63,787 nucleotides of DNA, filler included, from Octopus bimaculoides (GCF_001194135.2; 9 parts of 7 records of this genome joined end to end with filler, not necessarily neighbours in it); one strand, 5' to 3'. Numbered from the whole stretch's first letter, positions 23,932-37,624 are shown. The notes: generated from the letters alone by a model not told the origin. Made by a program: numbers and translations.

Positions 23932-24767
23932 TTGTGTGTGTATTTAATATACACACACACAAACAAAGGCATATTGACAAACATACAGATCCATATACAT
24001 GCTCCGACATGCACATATACACACATATATACTACAGCCTTAGCTTTCCCACGCTTTATGGCGCATCTGGCAACACACATACCCATCTATACTCATAGAT
24101 TCATCTCTCTCTCTCTCTCTCACACACACATATACACACACACTTTGTAATATCTAGTTACATACACCAACATCTGAACCATAGGTATGCTGTGTCCCCT
24201 CACTGCCTATTCTACCCCTACTATGATGGCTTCTGCTCATCAGAACCAGCTGCATTCGTATCAGCTTCTCTCAGACACTGTAATTCAACCGCCTGGTCTC
24301 CTCTCATTAACTTGCCGCGTGTTAATTACCAGAGCCAGTCCGCCTTCCCGAAAATAATTCTTACTTCAGGCTTTCTGAAGTTATTGACTTCCATCAGATT
24401 AACTGGAACGTTAAATCCATCAATTCCACAACTCTCTGCGATAAGGCGTTTGATCCTTCCGACAGAGTAAACTTACAAAAAACCCCACAAAACCAAAAGG
24501 AATACATACACACACGCAACACATGTGATATGCATGCCTACAAATAGATATATGTTCTTTTATTCCTTTATGTGCTTCAGTTCAAAGGCTGTTGCCATGC
24601 TGGAGCACCACCAGTGTTTTCGCCTCTTCAATGGCGATTCTGTTGTGATTTAGTGCAGTCCGATATTGTTCTCCTCTTCTTGCAGCGATGTAGGTTCACC
24701 TGCGACCTTGGGCAGTCGCACACACACACACACACACACACACGCGCATGCACACGCACACACAGAC

Positions 24768-24807
<40 letters not shown>

Positions 24808-25241
24808 CTGCGTGTGCGTAAACACATTACCATGTAACAATGACATACATAAAACAAATTAATTCGAGAAAAAAACATAAATAACAAAATATNNNNNNNN
24901 NNNNNNNNNNNNNNNNNNNNNNNNNNNNNNNNNNNNNNNNNNNNNNNNNNNNNNNNNNNNNNNNNNNNNNNNNNNNNNNNNNNNNNNNNNNNNNNNNNNN
25001 NNNNNNNNNNNNNNNNNNNNNNNNNNNNNNNNNNNNNNNNNNNNNNNNNNNNNNNNNNNNNNNNNNNNNNNNNNNNNNNNNNNNNNNNNNNNNNNNNNNN
25101 NNNNNNNNNNNNNNNNNNNNNNNNNNNNNNNNNNNNNNNNNNNNNNNNNNNNNNNNNNNNNNNNNNNNNNNNNNNNNNNNNNNNNNNNNNNNNNNNNNNN
25201 NNNNNNNNNNNNNNNNNNNNNNNNNNNNNNNNNNNNNNNNN

Positions 25242-25286
<45 letters not shown>

Positions 25287-27062
25287 TACATATAATGTTT
25301 TACATCCATTAAAAAAAAGAGAAATGTTAACAGAATGAAGGACTCAATAGAGGCGTAAAGACTGATATTTCAAAATACATTGTCTATAGCAAACATTACT
25401 CTGTCTATCTCTCTCTGCCCCCCCTCTCTCTCTCTCTCTCACTATACATATATATATATATATACATGTATGTATAAATATACCTTATATATATATACAT
25501 ATATATAATATAATCAGTGGTATATATAATACATACAGGTGCATATTATATAGTTATTTTGTTACACCTCTGTATGAATACTACACACTTACACACACGA
25601 AAACACATGAGCATACAGCCCCCCCGCCCTGCTACACACACACTTATATAATTCCGATGTCACCACACACATTGTTCTCATCGATTACATCAACTCATTT
25701 TATTTATTTAAACCTTTTTCAAAGCGTATATATATTTGTGTGTGTATGTGTCTGCATGTGTACATACATATACACATGCTCAGCGTGCAGGCTGAATCAA
25801 GCCAATTATGAAGTTAACAACACACAACACGTCCATATACAGTTATACATACATGCACACTGATCTTTATACATTCACTCACACGTGTATATATATACAC
25901 ACACATATATATATATATATATATAGACATGCATTCAGATATACTGTGACATTGCAGCCATGTGCCTTACATGTTTTTGACTGACGTTTTCAGCACATCG
26001 ACGTCATATAACGTCGTAAATCTCTTTTGTATTATATTAAATGGAAAAAATGTTTTAAAAAATTGTAAAATTTATAAAAATAATAATAATCGTCATAAAA
26101 AAAAACAATAAAAGTACATGTTTCAGCATGGAAAATAAATGCATATTGTGTTGTGTTCCTATCTACTTACCTTCATACATGCACCCACATACACACACAC
26201 ACATGCATGCATATATATATGCAAAGTGGTATTACTTGATGCTAGCCTGAGGTAGCGCCACTTCAACATATTGAAGCTTGTATATTCGTTGATCTTTCAC
26301 ACCGTGTCATTTAGNNNNNNNNNNNNNNNNNNNNNNNNNNNNNNNNNNNNNNNNNNNNTTAATTAATTAANNNNNNNNNNNNNNNNNNNNNNNNNNNNNN
26401 NNNNNNNNNNNNNNAGCAGTACGGTGCTCGCTACATACAGGGCCAATTTCTTTTCTGTAATATTACTTTCAGCTTCATTCACGATATGATAGTATCACAC
26501 ACATTTTTTTTTTCATTCTTTACTAGGTTTTTGATATAAAAAAATGGATATATGATGTATTTTCTTTTTTTTTTGTGTTCTTTACTGTAGTTGCTATTGC
26601 TTTGTCCCAGGGTCAGCCTTCATTTAGAAGGCCTATGATCAAAGACACTCCAGCCATACCCATCCCACCTCTACATTTTCAGAGACATGAAGTGTACGCA
26701 GGATGACGATGATATCCATTGCAAGGTTTGGCTGCTATCTCTAGCAGTTCAAGCGACCATGTAGAGACTTCCACTGTTACAGATGCTATTGCTATTGTTG
26801 TTGTTTAGCCACAGGTCAGCATTGACTGACAAAGCAGACTTATGATCAAAGACGTCCTAGGAGGTGACCAGCCCATATCTTTCTTTTCAGATGCAGCGTA
26901 TTGAGGATTACATAATCCTTTGCATACTTTAATGTATTTGCTTGCCTTTTAAACAGTAGGGTTTACGCTTTGAAGAAGATTTTGGCTACTACTTCTATCA
27001 GGTCAAGCATCCTCGTTGAGGCTTTTACAGTTTCACTTCTTGGAGATGATATATGTAATAAT

Positions 27063-27106
<44 letters not shown>

Positions 27107-27122
27107 ACACACATAATATAAT

Positions 27123-27597
27123 TTTGGTATGCTAAGCTTCCATACATATATTTTTGGTATGATAGGCTTCCATATATATAGAATTCTCTTGGTGTGATAG
27201 GCTTTCATATGTATAGTATAGTATTGAGGTATTAGGCTTCCATACATAGTATAATTTTAGTATGATAGGCTTCCATATATATAGCATTCTCTTGGTGTGA
27301 TAAGCTTCCATATGTATAGTATGGCATTTGTGTAGTAGGGTTTCATACATATGATATATTTTGGTGTGTTAGGCTTCCATATATATAGTATTTTCTTGGT
27401 ATGATAGGCTTCCATATGTATAGTATAGCATAGGTGTAGTAAGCTTCCATACATATAGTATATTTTTGGTGTGAAGGGTTCCATATATATATAGTATTCA
27501 CTTGGTGCGATAGGCTTCCATATGTATAGTATAGCGTTGGTGTACTAGGTTTCCATACATAGAGTATATTTCTGGTGTGTCAGGCTTCCATATTTTC
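27123..27597. repeat. Minisatellite array of ~14 units of ~35 bp, organised as a 3-unit higher-order repeat
   Basis: Core ggt.tgataggcttccata. Variants cycle A (catatatatag.att.tc), B (catatgtatagtatag), C (catacat). Confidence 0.9.
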
Positions 27598-28101
27598 TCA
27601 TGTTTTGACTCTTTTCAAACGAGTTTAAATTAATTAAAGAAATGGTTTCTTTTGAGCTCCAGTTAGTAAAGTTAACTTTCTTTCGTGTCGATGTGTCTTG
27701 TCATTTTTATTTATCCTCTTTCATATAGGTAGACAGTAGTAGTAGTAGTAGTAGTAGTAGAAGTAGTGGTAGTAATGGCAGAAATGGTTGTGGTGGTGGC
27801 ACTCAAGAACATGGATGAAGATTGTAGCAGTAGAATTAGTAATAGTTGTAGTAGTAGTAATAGTTAACATAGGAGTAACAATAGATATAACAAAACATTT
27901 GGATGATGAGGGTTGATGGAAGTTAGTGATAACATAGGATTTATTAACAATGAAATTAAGAGGTGAGACCCAGAACCATAACACTTGAGTGAGGATGTGT
28001 GTAATTGTGTGAGTGCGTGTGAGTGTGTAATATTGTGTGAATGTATGTGTAATTGCATGAGTGTATGTGAGTGTATGTGTGTGTATGTGACTGCATAAAC
28101 A

Positions 28102-28140
<39 letters not shown>

Positions 28141-28379
28141 TTCACTTCTTTAATGTGTTCCTTCGGTTAATCTTGATTTTAGGTTCTTGAAAGAGTTTAA
28201 CAATACCAACAGCGTATTCCATACTTTACAATGTTCCCCCAAAAATCAGAAACTGAGTAGGAGAGAAACCATAAGCTCATATCAGCCCAGTACTTTTGCT
28301 TCCCATAAGTAAGGTGTACTACTTTTAAATATCTTACTAGTCGGTCTCAGTCATTGGATAGCAACCCAGCTGAGGCACT

Positions 28380-28419
<40 letters not shown>

Positions 28420-29177
28420 TACACACACACACACACACACAAATACACACTATACAATGTATAGGGAAAACAGAAGCAAAGATAAGTAGCAAAGCCTGAT
28501 AAAAGCTACAACTTATATTGTTACCTCAACCATAAAGAAAATACCTTTATAAGTCTTGCAGCTAATTATTACACCCTCGTCAGAGTTTAAACAGCGTATC
28601 AACACAGGCATGTAGATAATTGCTGACAGATGCCCTTTAATTAATTCTATTTAATCAAATACATAATGTTATTTTGTTAAATGCTTTTTATTTTTTGTAG
28701 TATTCATAGATGAATCTAAGATGCTGTCATCATTTCAAAATGTTTGATTATTTGTGTTGTAGAGCATTGTGACGTCAGTGTTGGTTTAGAGAGCTCAAAC
28801 TGAACGTGATTATTATTTTTAACATGTGATCTATATGAGTGAATGTATGTATACATATATATATATATAAGTATATGTATAAAAGTAATAGTTTAAATGC
28901 GGAAAGGTGAAGTCAAACTGACATCAAAATTGTTTCTGTAAATGGACAATTGCAATGTCACTTTGGTACTCCTTTCCTCATTTAAATTATTAATTTTATT
29001 ATTCACTCTGTGAGACTTATTTTAAGCCTACTGGATCTTACCATAGCATTGCGTAGTGTTCCCTTTAGTATCAATTGAAGTCATATGAATCTCCATTCGA
29101 ATTCTGGAATACTACGCTAACCAAAATCTGGCATGATATGCTACTGAGGCAACAGCCAACATTTATATTTAACTCTT

Positions 29178-29236
<59 letters not shown>

Positions 29237-29254
29237 TAAACTTATATATATATT

Positions 29255-29947
29255 ATGTACATTTACACATGTTTATTGAGTATGTTTGTGTAGTTTAATA
29301 AATACATATACTCGTATGGAACTTATATATATATATATACATACATATGATGAAAACACATGGAGCTACATGGATATGTGTGTATACATGGCAATCAGCC
29401 TCCATCCCTACTACTACCACCACACATGTAGCATATATAAATTATAATATACCCCACAAAGAACACATGGGCAGTTGTTGGTGTAGTAGCAGCGATATAC
29501 AATTTCAGGAGGAGCACATGGAAAAGAGAGGCTGTTGAATCTGGGAGGAAAAATGTAGAAGGGTAAGGGCAGGGTGGTGGGGCAGAGCTGGTCACATGTT
29601 CAGTGGTTTTTTTTTCTTTTTGTTTTTTGTGTCTATCCAGGCATGTCTTTTTCTTTCTCTTCACCCAACTTCATTTTCGGAGTGGGTCTCCAAATGTAGA
29701 TCTCAGTTTGTTTGGTTTGTTTTTTCTTTTTTTACTTTTCCTCTCTCACTTGATAATATAGTTTTGTTTTTACAAAAGAAAAAAAAATGTTTTTAATAAT
29801 AGCAATAATCATAATAATAATAATAATAATGATTTATCTGTTGTTTTTTTTTTCCTGTGGTTTTTCTGGTTTGTTTGTTTTTTTTTCTTTTTGCAACATC
29901 TCTTCAAACATTCATCTTTTTCAAACATTCAATGTTTTCAGCAAAAC
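29255..29947 (-). other. Probable terminal (3' UTR) exon of an unidentified minus-strand gene
   Basis: Strong acceptor ttttttgtttttattgtttcag| at 29948, UTR-like composition with no ORF, and AATAAA at 29277-29272. The 3' limit is estimated. Confidence 0.45.
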
Positions 29948-31086
29948 CTGAAACAATAAAAACAAAAAAAAAGGTGAAATGAAATTTAAAAAAAAATNNN
30001 NNNNNNNNNNNNNNNNNNNNNNNNNNNNNNNNNNNNNNNNNNNNNNNNNNNNNNNNNNNNNNNNNNNNNNNNNNNNNNNNNNNNNNNNNNNNNNNNNNNN
30101 NNNNNNNNNNNNNNNNNNNNNNNNNNNNNNNNNNNNNNNNNNNNNNNNNNNNNNNNNNNNNNNNNNNNNNNNNNNNNNNNNNNNNNNNNNNNNNNNNNNN
30201 NNNNNNNNNNNNNNNNNNNNNNNNNNNNNNNNNNNNNNNNNNNNNNNNNNNNNNNNNNNNNNNNNNNNNNNNNNNNNNNNNNNNNNNNNNNNNNNNNNNN
30301 NNNNNNNNNNNNNNNNNNNNNNNNNNNNNNNNNNNNNNNNNNNNNNNNNNNNNNNNNNNNNNNNNNNNNNNNNNNNNNNNNNNNNNNNNNNNNNNNNNNN
30401 NNNNNNNNNNNNNNNNNNNNNNNNNNNNNNNNNNNNNNNNNNNNNNNNNNNNNNNNNNNNNNNNNNNNNNNNNNNNNNNNNNNNNNNNNNNNNNNNNNNN
30501 NNNNNNNNNNNNNNNNNNNNNNNNNNNNNNNNNNNNNNNNNNNNNNNNNNNNNNNNNNNNNNNNNNNNNNNNNNNNNNNNNNNNNNNNNNNNNNNNNNNN
30601 NNNNNNNNNNNNNNNNNNNNNNNNNNNNNNNNNNNNNNNNNNNNNNNNNNNNNNNNNNNNNNNNNNNNNNNNNNNNNNNNNNNNNNNNNNNNNNNNNNNN
30701 NNNNNNNNNNNNNNNNNNNNNNNNNNNNNNNNNNNNNNNNNNNNNNNNNNNNNNNNNNNNNNNNNNNNNNNNNNNNNNNNNNNNNNNNNNNNNNNNNNNN
30801 NNNNNNNNNNNNNNNNNNNNNNNNNNNNNNNNNNNNNNNNNNNNNNNNNNNNNNNNNNNNNNNNNNNNNNNNNNNNNNNNNNNNNNNNNNNNNNNNNNNN
30901 NNNNNNNNNNNNNNNNNNNNNNNNNNNNNNNNNNNNNNNNNNNNNNNNNNNNNNNNNNNNNNNNNNNNNNNNNNNNNNNNNNNNNNNNNNNATATATATA
31001 TATATATAGATAGCTGGATAGATGAATAGATAGGACAGAGAGAGATAGATGTGGGAGAGAAAGATAGTGAAAATGATTGCCCTCAC

Positions 31087-31165
31087 CTACTCAGGGTCCC
31101 CAAAGCTCCATAGTTCTAAACTCATTCTCATATGATAAATTATCAGGTGTGTTTTTTCGTAGCAT
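31087..31165 (-). CDS. 79-nt exon of the same minus-strand gene, probably containing the stop codon
   Basis: Acceptor ctttgtttttattttcag| and donor |gtgagg. Phase 0 reads MLRKNTPDNLSYENEFRTMELWGP*; phase 2 reads CYEKTHLIIYHMRMSLELWSFGDPE*. Protein not recognised, and it could be a non-coding exon. Confidence 0.5.
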
Positions 31166-31956
31166 CTGAAAAATAAAAACAAAGCATAAATTGATGAATG
31201 AAAAAAAAAAAATATTATCATAGCATGTGTGTGAGAAAGAAAAAGAGAGAGTGAGAGATAGATAGACAGACAGGCAAAGGGAGAGAGAGAGAGAGAGAGT
31301 AAGTTTGAATGTGCGAGTGTATTTGTGGCAGTCATTTAGTCCTTATTCTCTTGTCTTTTGTACCTTGGAGTATTTTAGTCAATGTGTACATTTTACTTTC
31401 ATCCTGGTTTATAGAATATGTTCATCAGATTCTAGTACATCAAAAGAAGCAAATAAAAAAAAGGGTTAATGTCGGGAATGGCATTCAAGTATAAAATATC
31501 TTGAATGAGTCATACCAGAACATAAAATTAGAATGTAAACATGATTATAGAGTAGGGTAAGGTTTTCAGGGACTTTTAACTGAAAACAAGACATTTGTAC
31601 TACAGAGCCAGAGGTGGATTCAGCCAGGTTGGTATCAAAAGGGTTAAATTCCCACCTGGCACAAAGCGACTTCTCTTGGGTTCGCTTCCACTTTGTCTTG
31701 TGTGACTGGCCCTCGTGCCGGTAGCACGTAAAAGCACCCACTACACTCTNNNNNNNNNNNNNNNNNNNNNNNNNNNNNNNNNNNNNNNNNNNNTTAATTA
31801 ATTAANNNNNNNNNNNNNNNNNNNNNNNNNNNNNNNNNNNNNNNNNNNNATATATATATATATATATATATATATACACGTAATGTCACCATTGTCATTT
31901 AATGTCTGTTTTTCCATAGCTGTATGCACTTCTTGTCAGCATCCCTCAAGCATATA

Positions 31957-32795
31957 CAGGGTGTTCAGATTAAATTTGATGATATTTTATGTCTCCTGTT
32001 TTGAGGAACAGCTTGATGTGTTGGTGAACAGTCAATGGCGTTGGAGAGCATAAAGATAAAAATTGCAGATGAGAGAAAACTCACCAACATGACAGACTGG
32101 AACCTATCTGCATTTTGGAAAAGTGTTACCCACATCATGGTGATTCACACCAGTTATTAAAATGCTGACATCATGACTGCTGTTCAATGCTCTGTATACA
32201 CTGTAAAGGCTGTGCGACTTGAGATGGAGACTATGAAACCATGCATTCTGACTGTCCACACATTAGATTTCAATACCCATGTCTTTTAGAAGGACCTTAG
32301 ACTCAATTCAGACAGCTATGAGAAGCTGCTGGAGATTGGGGTCCAATTCCTGGCTGGAGAGACTTGCTACTGGAAGGCCACATGTGGCAGTAAAATTCAG
32401 CTTCTTACCGCTTCTCCAGAAGAAATCAGATGTGGTGCTTGGAGAATTTCTATGACTTCACCAGCCCCAATTTCTGGCCTCCTAATTCCCCCATTTGTAA
32501 TCCAGTGGGTAACGACACACAGGGTACTTTTGAGAAAGACATCAACTGCTCTGGCTGCTTAGTGGGTGGTCAAGATCTTCTCAGGGACATAGTGAGGAAT
32601 GCATATATTTGCCAGCTTCTGGAGTCATCTTGAAGTGATGGTAGGAGGTGAGGTTGGCTACTTTGAGCAAACTGCTGTCTACCAGTCATAATCCAGTTGA
32701 TATATTTTCATTTTTTGAAATAATTTATTTTTGGAAGAGATTTTGTGTTTTCTCTGCCTTTTATGCAAACTGTCACACTTAGCCCGAACACCCTG
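31957..32795 (+). mobile_element. Internally deleted maT/DD37D-like mariner element
   Basis: TIRs CAGGGTGTTC(A/G)G at both ends with TA on the left. Remnant W.ENFYDFTSPNFWPPNSP.CNP. Confidence 0.8.
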
Positions 32796-33885
32796 TGCTG
32801 TGTGTGTGTATACACATATGCATATTCATAGACATATATATATATATGTATATGTGTATACACACACACACACACACAAATAGTCTAAGATACCTACATG
32901 TACATCTACAACAGTACACACAAACACAAACGTGCATATTAGAAGAAAACAACTGCTTTGCCTTCACACACACACACCCACAATTCTTGTTACTTTGTTC
33001 CATGTGTAGCACACACACACACACATACACACACACATTCCTAATAAGCTTCCTTTAGGTGAGTTGCATTTTGATTTGTATGTTTGAAAGTCGGCCAATA
33101 TATATTCTTGCTGCTATATGTATATACTGTTGTTGGTGGTAATTGTGTATGTATACACACACACACACTTGCATACATATGTGCACACACACACACACGT
33201 ATGTGTACTGTTGTTGTTGCTGTTATATATATATGCACACACAATGTTCTTGTTCTCAATGTTTAAGCACTCATACTTCATTCTTCTTCTTCTTCTTCTT
33301 CTTCTTCTTCAATATCTCGTCTCTGAAACCGCATATTTCATCTCCTCCTCCCCCCCTCCTTCCTTGAACACTTCTCCCTTATAATATTTTAAACTTTCTT
33401 TTATTCTTTTCTATCTTTATAGACTTCTTTACTTGTTTTTTTCTCCCCTTCCGTTTTCTGCTGAGATTCCTCCCCTCCTCCACCCGCACTCCTGCAGTTA
33501 TTGACTCTTCTCTCCAAATGCAGCATTTCAATCCATCCACTTTCCTTTTTTTCTTCTTATTCTTCTTATTGTGTTTATCTTCATCTGTCCTGTTATCACA
33601 CACANNNNNNNNNNNNNNNNNNNNNNNNNNNNNNNNNNNNNNNNNNNNNNNNNNNNNNNNNNNNNNNNNNNNNNNNNNNNNNNNNNNNNNNNNNNNNNNN
33701 NNNNNNNNNNNNNNNNNNNNNNNNNNNNNNNNNNNNNNNNNNNNNNNNNNNNNNNATACACTACAGCACTGGATTAAACACTTCTATGTATCCTGCAGTT
33801 TTCTATCTTTTGAATTTCGAAAAGTTCGTAAACAGAGAAGGGTTAATGCAGTAAATACTAATAGCATATTGGTGCAATATGGGTG

Positions 33886-34092
33886 TGGAGGCGCAATGAC
33901 CCAGTGGTTAGGGCAGCGGACTCGCGGTCATAGGATCGTGGTTTTAATTCCCAGACCAGACGTTGTGAGTGTTTATTGAGCGAAAACACCTAAAGCTTCA
34001 CAAGGCTCCAGCAGGGGATGGTGGCAAACCCTGCTGTACTCTTTCACCAAAACTTTCTCTCACTCTTACTTCCTGTTTCTGTTGTGCCTGTA
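33886..34092 (+). mobile_element. SINE family B, 5' half (tRNA-like head)
   Basis: Matches the first ~205 nt of the complete copy at 39332-39733 and stops after cctgta. Confidence 0.88.
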
Positions 34093-34563
34093 TGGTTTCC
34101 TGTCATGGCAGAATTAATGGTCAAAACTATTTAAGCATTTTATCTCATCAAATTCATCCTATAGTTACGGAACTGTTTCCAGAGGGAAACGCAATCTTTC
34201 AGGATGATAATGCACCAATTAACACAACTAAAGTTGTTACTGAATGGCATGAGGAACATTCTAGAGAAGTTGAACATCTTATCTAGCCACCATAGTCTCC
34301 AGATCTCAATATTATTGAACATTTATGGTGAATTTTAGAAAAACAAGTAAGAAGTCGCTATCCTCCACCATCATCACTACAAGAACTGGAGACTGTTTTA
34401 GCTGAAGAATGGACAAAAATTCCTTTGGAAACAATTCAAACTTTGTACGAGTCCATACCTAGGAGAATTCAAGCAGTAATTACTGTCAAATGTGGTCCTA
34501 CCTCATATTAAAATAAATTTGTTTGAAATTTTAAAGTGTTTCCATTATTTTGTCCAACCCCTG
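34093..34563 (+). mobile_element. Tc1-like transposon 3' half, pseudogenised, D-36-E spacing
   Basis: FQDDNAP...*PP*SPDLNIIEHLW...IPRRIQAVITVKCGPTSY*. Right TIR ends ...tgtccaacccctg|TA. Confidence 0.9.
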
Positions 34564-34768
34564 TATGTCATGATTATCATTGTTTAACGTCTGCTTTCCA
34601 TGCTAGCATGGGTTGGACAATTTGACTGAGGCCTGGCGAACCATATGTGTGTATAATATATGTATATTGTTATATATAGACAAAATATTCTAGCAACAGA
34701 CAAATTATGAGATAATAAAAATAGGAGATAACTTCATAGATATTTGTCTCACCCACATTCAATGGTAG

Positions 34769-35035
34769 TTAACCCAGCAGAGCGCAACAACAAACACTGT
34801 AAAAGCAATACCTGGAGCTGTAAATGTAGTTATTCATGAAAATACGTTAAGAAAATGAATTCTGAAGCAAGTAACTATAAGAGCGCTTGATAAGACTAAT
34901 GTTTTAGAACCAGATTTTGTATGTGTAGTGGCAACAGAGCTACCTGCTTTAGGATTCATTTTATTAATGTGTTTTGATGAATAAATGTCTTTCCAGCTTC
35001 AGGTATTGCTATTACAGCATTTGGTTGGTAAACTT
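34769..35035. mobile_element. MITE-like element with ~29-bp subterminal inverted repeat
   Basis: aaacactgtaaaagcaatacctggagctg (about 34793) is inverted to cagcttcaggtattgctattacagcattt (about 34994). Begins ttaaccc. Confidence 0.45.
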
Positions 35036-35518
35036 GTAATGAATTGAATGAGTCCAATAGTTATGAAGTTTCATGAAATTTTAATACTCTCTTATATGAC
35101 AGTCGAGAGTAGATTTAATTTAGATAAATTTCAGTCTCTCGTTATACAATTGTAATTGACAGTAGAACTAGTAAGATTGTTTGCAAAGCCAAATTGATGG
35201 CAGAAACATAGTCTCAGGTCATTGTTTTATTTGTTTCATTCATGCTGGAGTAATATTGTTTAGGATTAATTGAACAAACTGTCCCCAGTTGTAAAGCAGT
35301 GAGAGCAGGGACCAACACAAAGGTTCACATATACAAGCAAACACAAACAAACACATGTATGCACACACACACACACACACACACACACAGATATGACAAG
35401 TTTCTTTTTAGTTCTCAGTCTATAAAATCTACTTACTAGGTTTGGTTGACCTGAGGCTATAGTAGATGCTACATGGTGCCACAGAGATATTAAATTGCTG
35501 GATATTAGCCTATGGCTT

Positions 35519-35588
<70 letters not shown>

Positions 35589-35664
35589 CACACACATACA
35601 TACACACACATGTATGCATACATGCATATACACACATGTCATACATGTGTGCATGTATGACAGA

Positions 35665-36340
35665 TTGTGTCTTAAGAGAAATATTGGGTATACGAGGCAT
35701 CAGATGTAGTGTGCAAGAGAGAGGACTGCACTGGTATAGTCATGTGATGTGTATGGATAAGGACAACTGCATCAGGAAGTGCCAATCTCAAATTATGGAG
35801 GGAACATGTGGCAGAGGTAAACCCAGGAAGATGTGGGTCAAAGTGGTGAGAAAGGGTCTTCAGATGTTGGGCCTCATAGAAGAGATGACAAGGGACCAAG
35901 ACTTCTAGTGGTTTGCTGTTCTCGAGAAGAGATGTCAAACTAAATCAAATCATGGCTGTCCCTGTATGCAGGCATGTCATCTACATCCTCTCTTAGTCAA
36001 GAGATCCTAGTCTTGTGGGCTTGTGGACACTGGTGCCATGTAAAAGCACCCATGCTGGTGTCACAGTAAAAGCACCAGTGATGGTGCAATGTCAAAGTGT
36101 CTGTACTGGTACCACATCAAAGCATCCAATGCTGGTGCCATGTAAAAGTGCCCTTGGCAGTGCCATGTCTAAAGCACGCAGTGGAGCACTTCGTAAAGTG
36201 GTTGGCATTAAGAAGGGCATCCGGCTGTAGAAACCATGCCAAAACAGACAAAGTGAGCCTGGGCCACTCTCTAGCTGGCCAGCTCCTGTCAAACTGTTCA
36301 ACCCATGCCAATATGGAGAACAGACATATGATGATGATGA
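35665..36340 (+). mobile_element. RTE-clade LINE 3' end with (GAT)n tail
   Basis: LREILGIRGIRCSVQERGLHWYSHVMCMDKDNC...GRGKPRKMW matches the RTE C-terminus RLRWYGHV.RM...GRPRKTW. The 3' region ends in gatgatgatga. Confidence 0.85.
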
Positions 36341-37532
36341 TTTTTATTTTAAAAGAATTTTAAGAATTACAACAGAACCCTGACCAGCTACTGATGAGGT
36401 GGTTGGCTGCAGGCTCAATGCTAAAATTAGACACAAATTTACTATAAAAATATTTAATTTTGACTGGAATGTCAAGGTTCCCTAAACAACTTCCCCTCCT
36501 ACTCAAATTGGCTACTTCTTTCAACATTTCTACAATCCAGTAATGTATAATATAAAAGTCACACTCTCTGATGATTTGATAGATAACTTTCAGTATGTAA
36601 TTTACATTATGTAACTAATAAACACCTTTTGTTAATGAAACACATGTAAGACAGTGTAGAGTAAACTTCCAGTGATGATGAGTGTCTCCAATTACCTGAG
36701 AGGAACCAACAAGAAGAGGGTTTTCAAAAGCAACATGAGACAAGTGGGCAACAACCAATCGACTGAGATCATTGTACACAGATGCCTGTCATTAAATGGA
36801 AATCTGACTGAAATACAATGAATTCCATGACAACAACGATAACATAAACATCAAAAATCACAAGTCATGTTTGGTATTCTTGGAAATGGATCTTCCTGTG
36901 AAGAAAATAGAATTCTTTAATGTTTTTTTTTCTCTTTTCCTTTTTCTTTCTTTGCTATGTTTGATGGTTTTGCACTCAGTTGCTGTTCTCATGTTGTATT
37001 TATAACAATTTAGTCACGCAAAATAATTGTAGGTTAATTATATATATCTATTATACATATACACACACATAGAAATATACATATATATGCAAATATATAT
37101 ATATGTATGTGTGTGTATATATATATAGATATATGTATAGGTATGTGTGTATATATATGTATAGGTATGTATATGGGCATGTAAATACATACATGTCTGT
37201 ATGTGTGTACTTATATATATATTCATATATATATATATATATATATATATANNNNNNNNNNNNNNNNNNNNNNNNNNNNNNNNNNNNNNNNNNNNNNNNN
37301 NNNNNNNNNNNNNNNNNNTAAGAAAGAAAAATTAGACAAAATCATAAACCAAAATAAAAACAAAAAGAAACAACAACAACAGCAATGAAAACAGAAGCAA
37401 CAACAGAAGTGTTTGATCTTAAACTCATTAAGTTTCTACAAAAAGCAACACTTTCTTTAGAAATAATTGCCATATTTTCATGAAAATGTAACAGCAACAA
37501 ATAAACAAATAATAATATCAATGATGATGATG

Positions 37533-37599
<67 letters not shown>

Positions 37600-37624
37600 T
37601 AACAATAATAATAATGATGATAAT

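Noticed and set aside
23590-24037. Apparent tandem duplication across a gap
   Set aside because: Essentially identical sequence on both sides of an N-run, typical of unmerged contig overlap.
27123-27597. CRISPR-like array
   Set aside because: The inter-core segments are cyclic variants of one another rather than unique spacers, the context is eukaryotic, and there are no cas genes.
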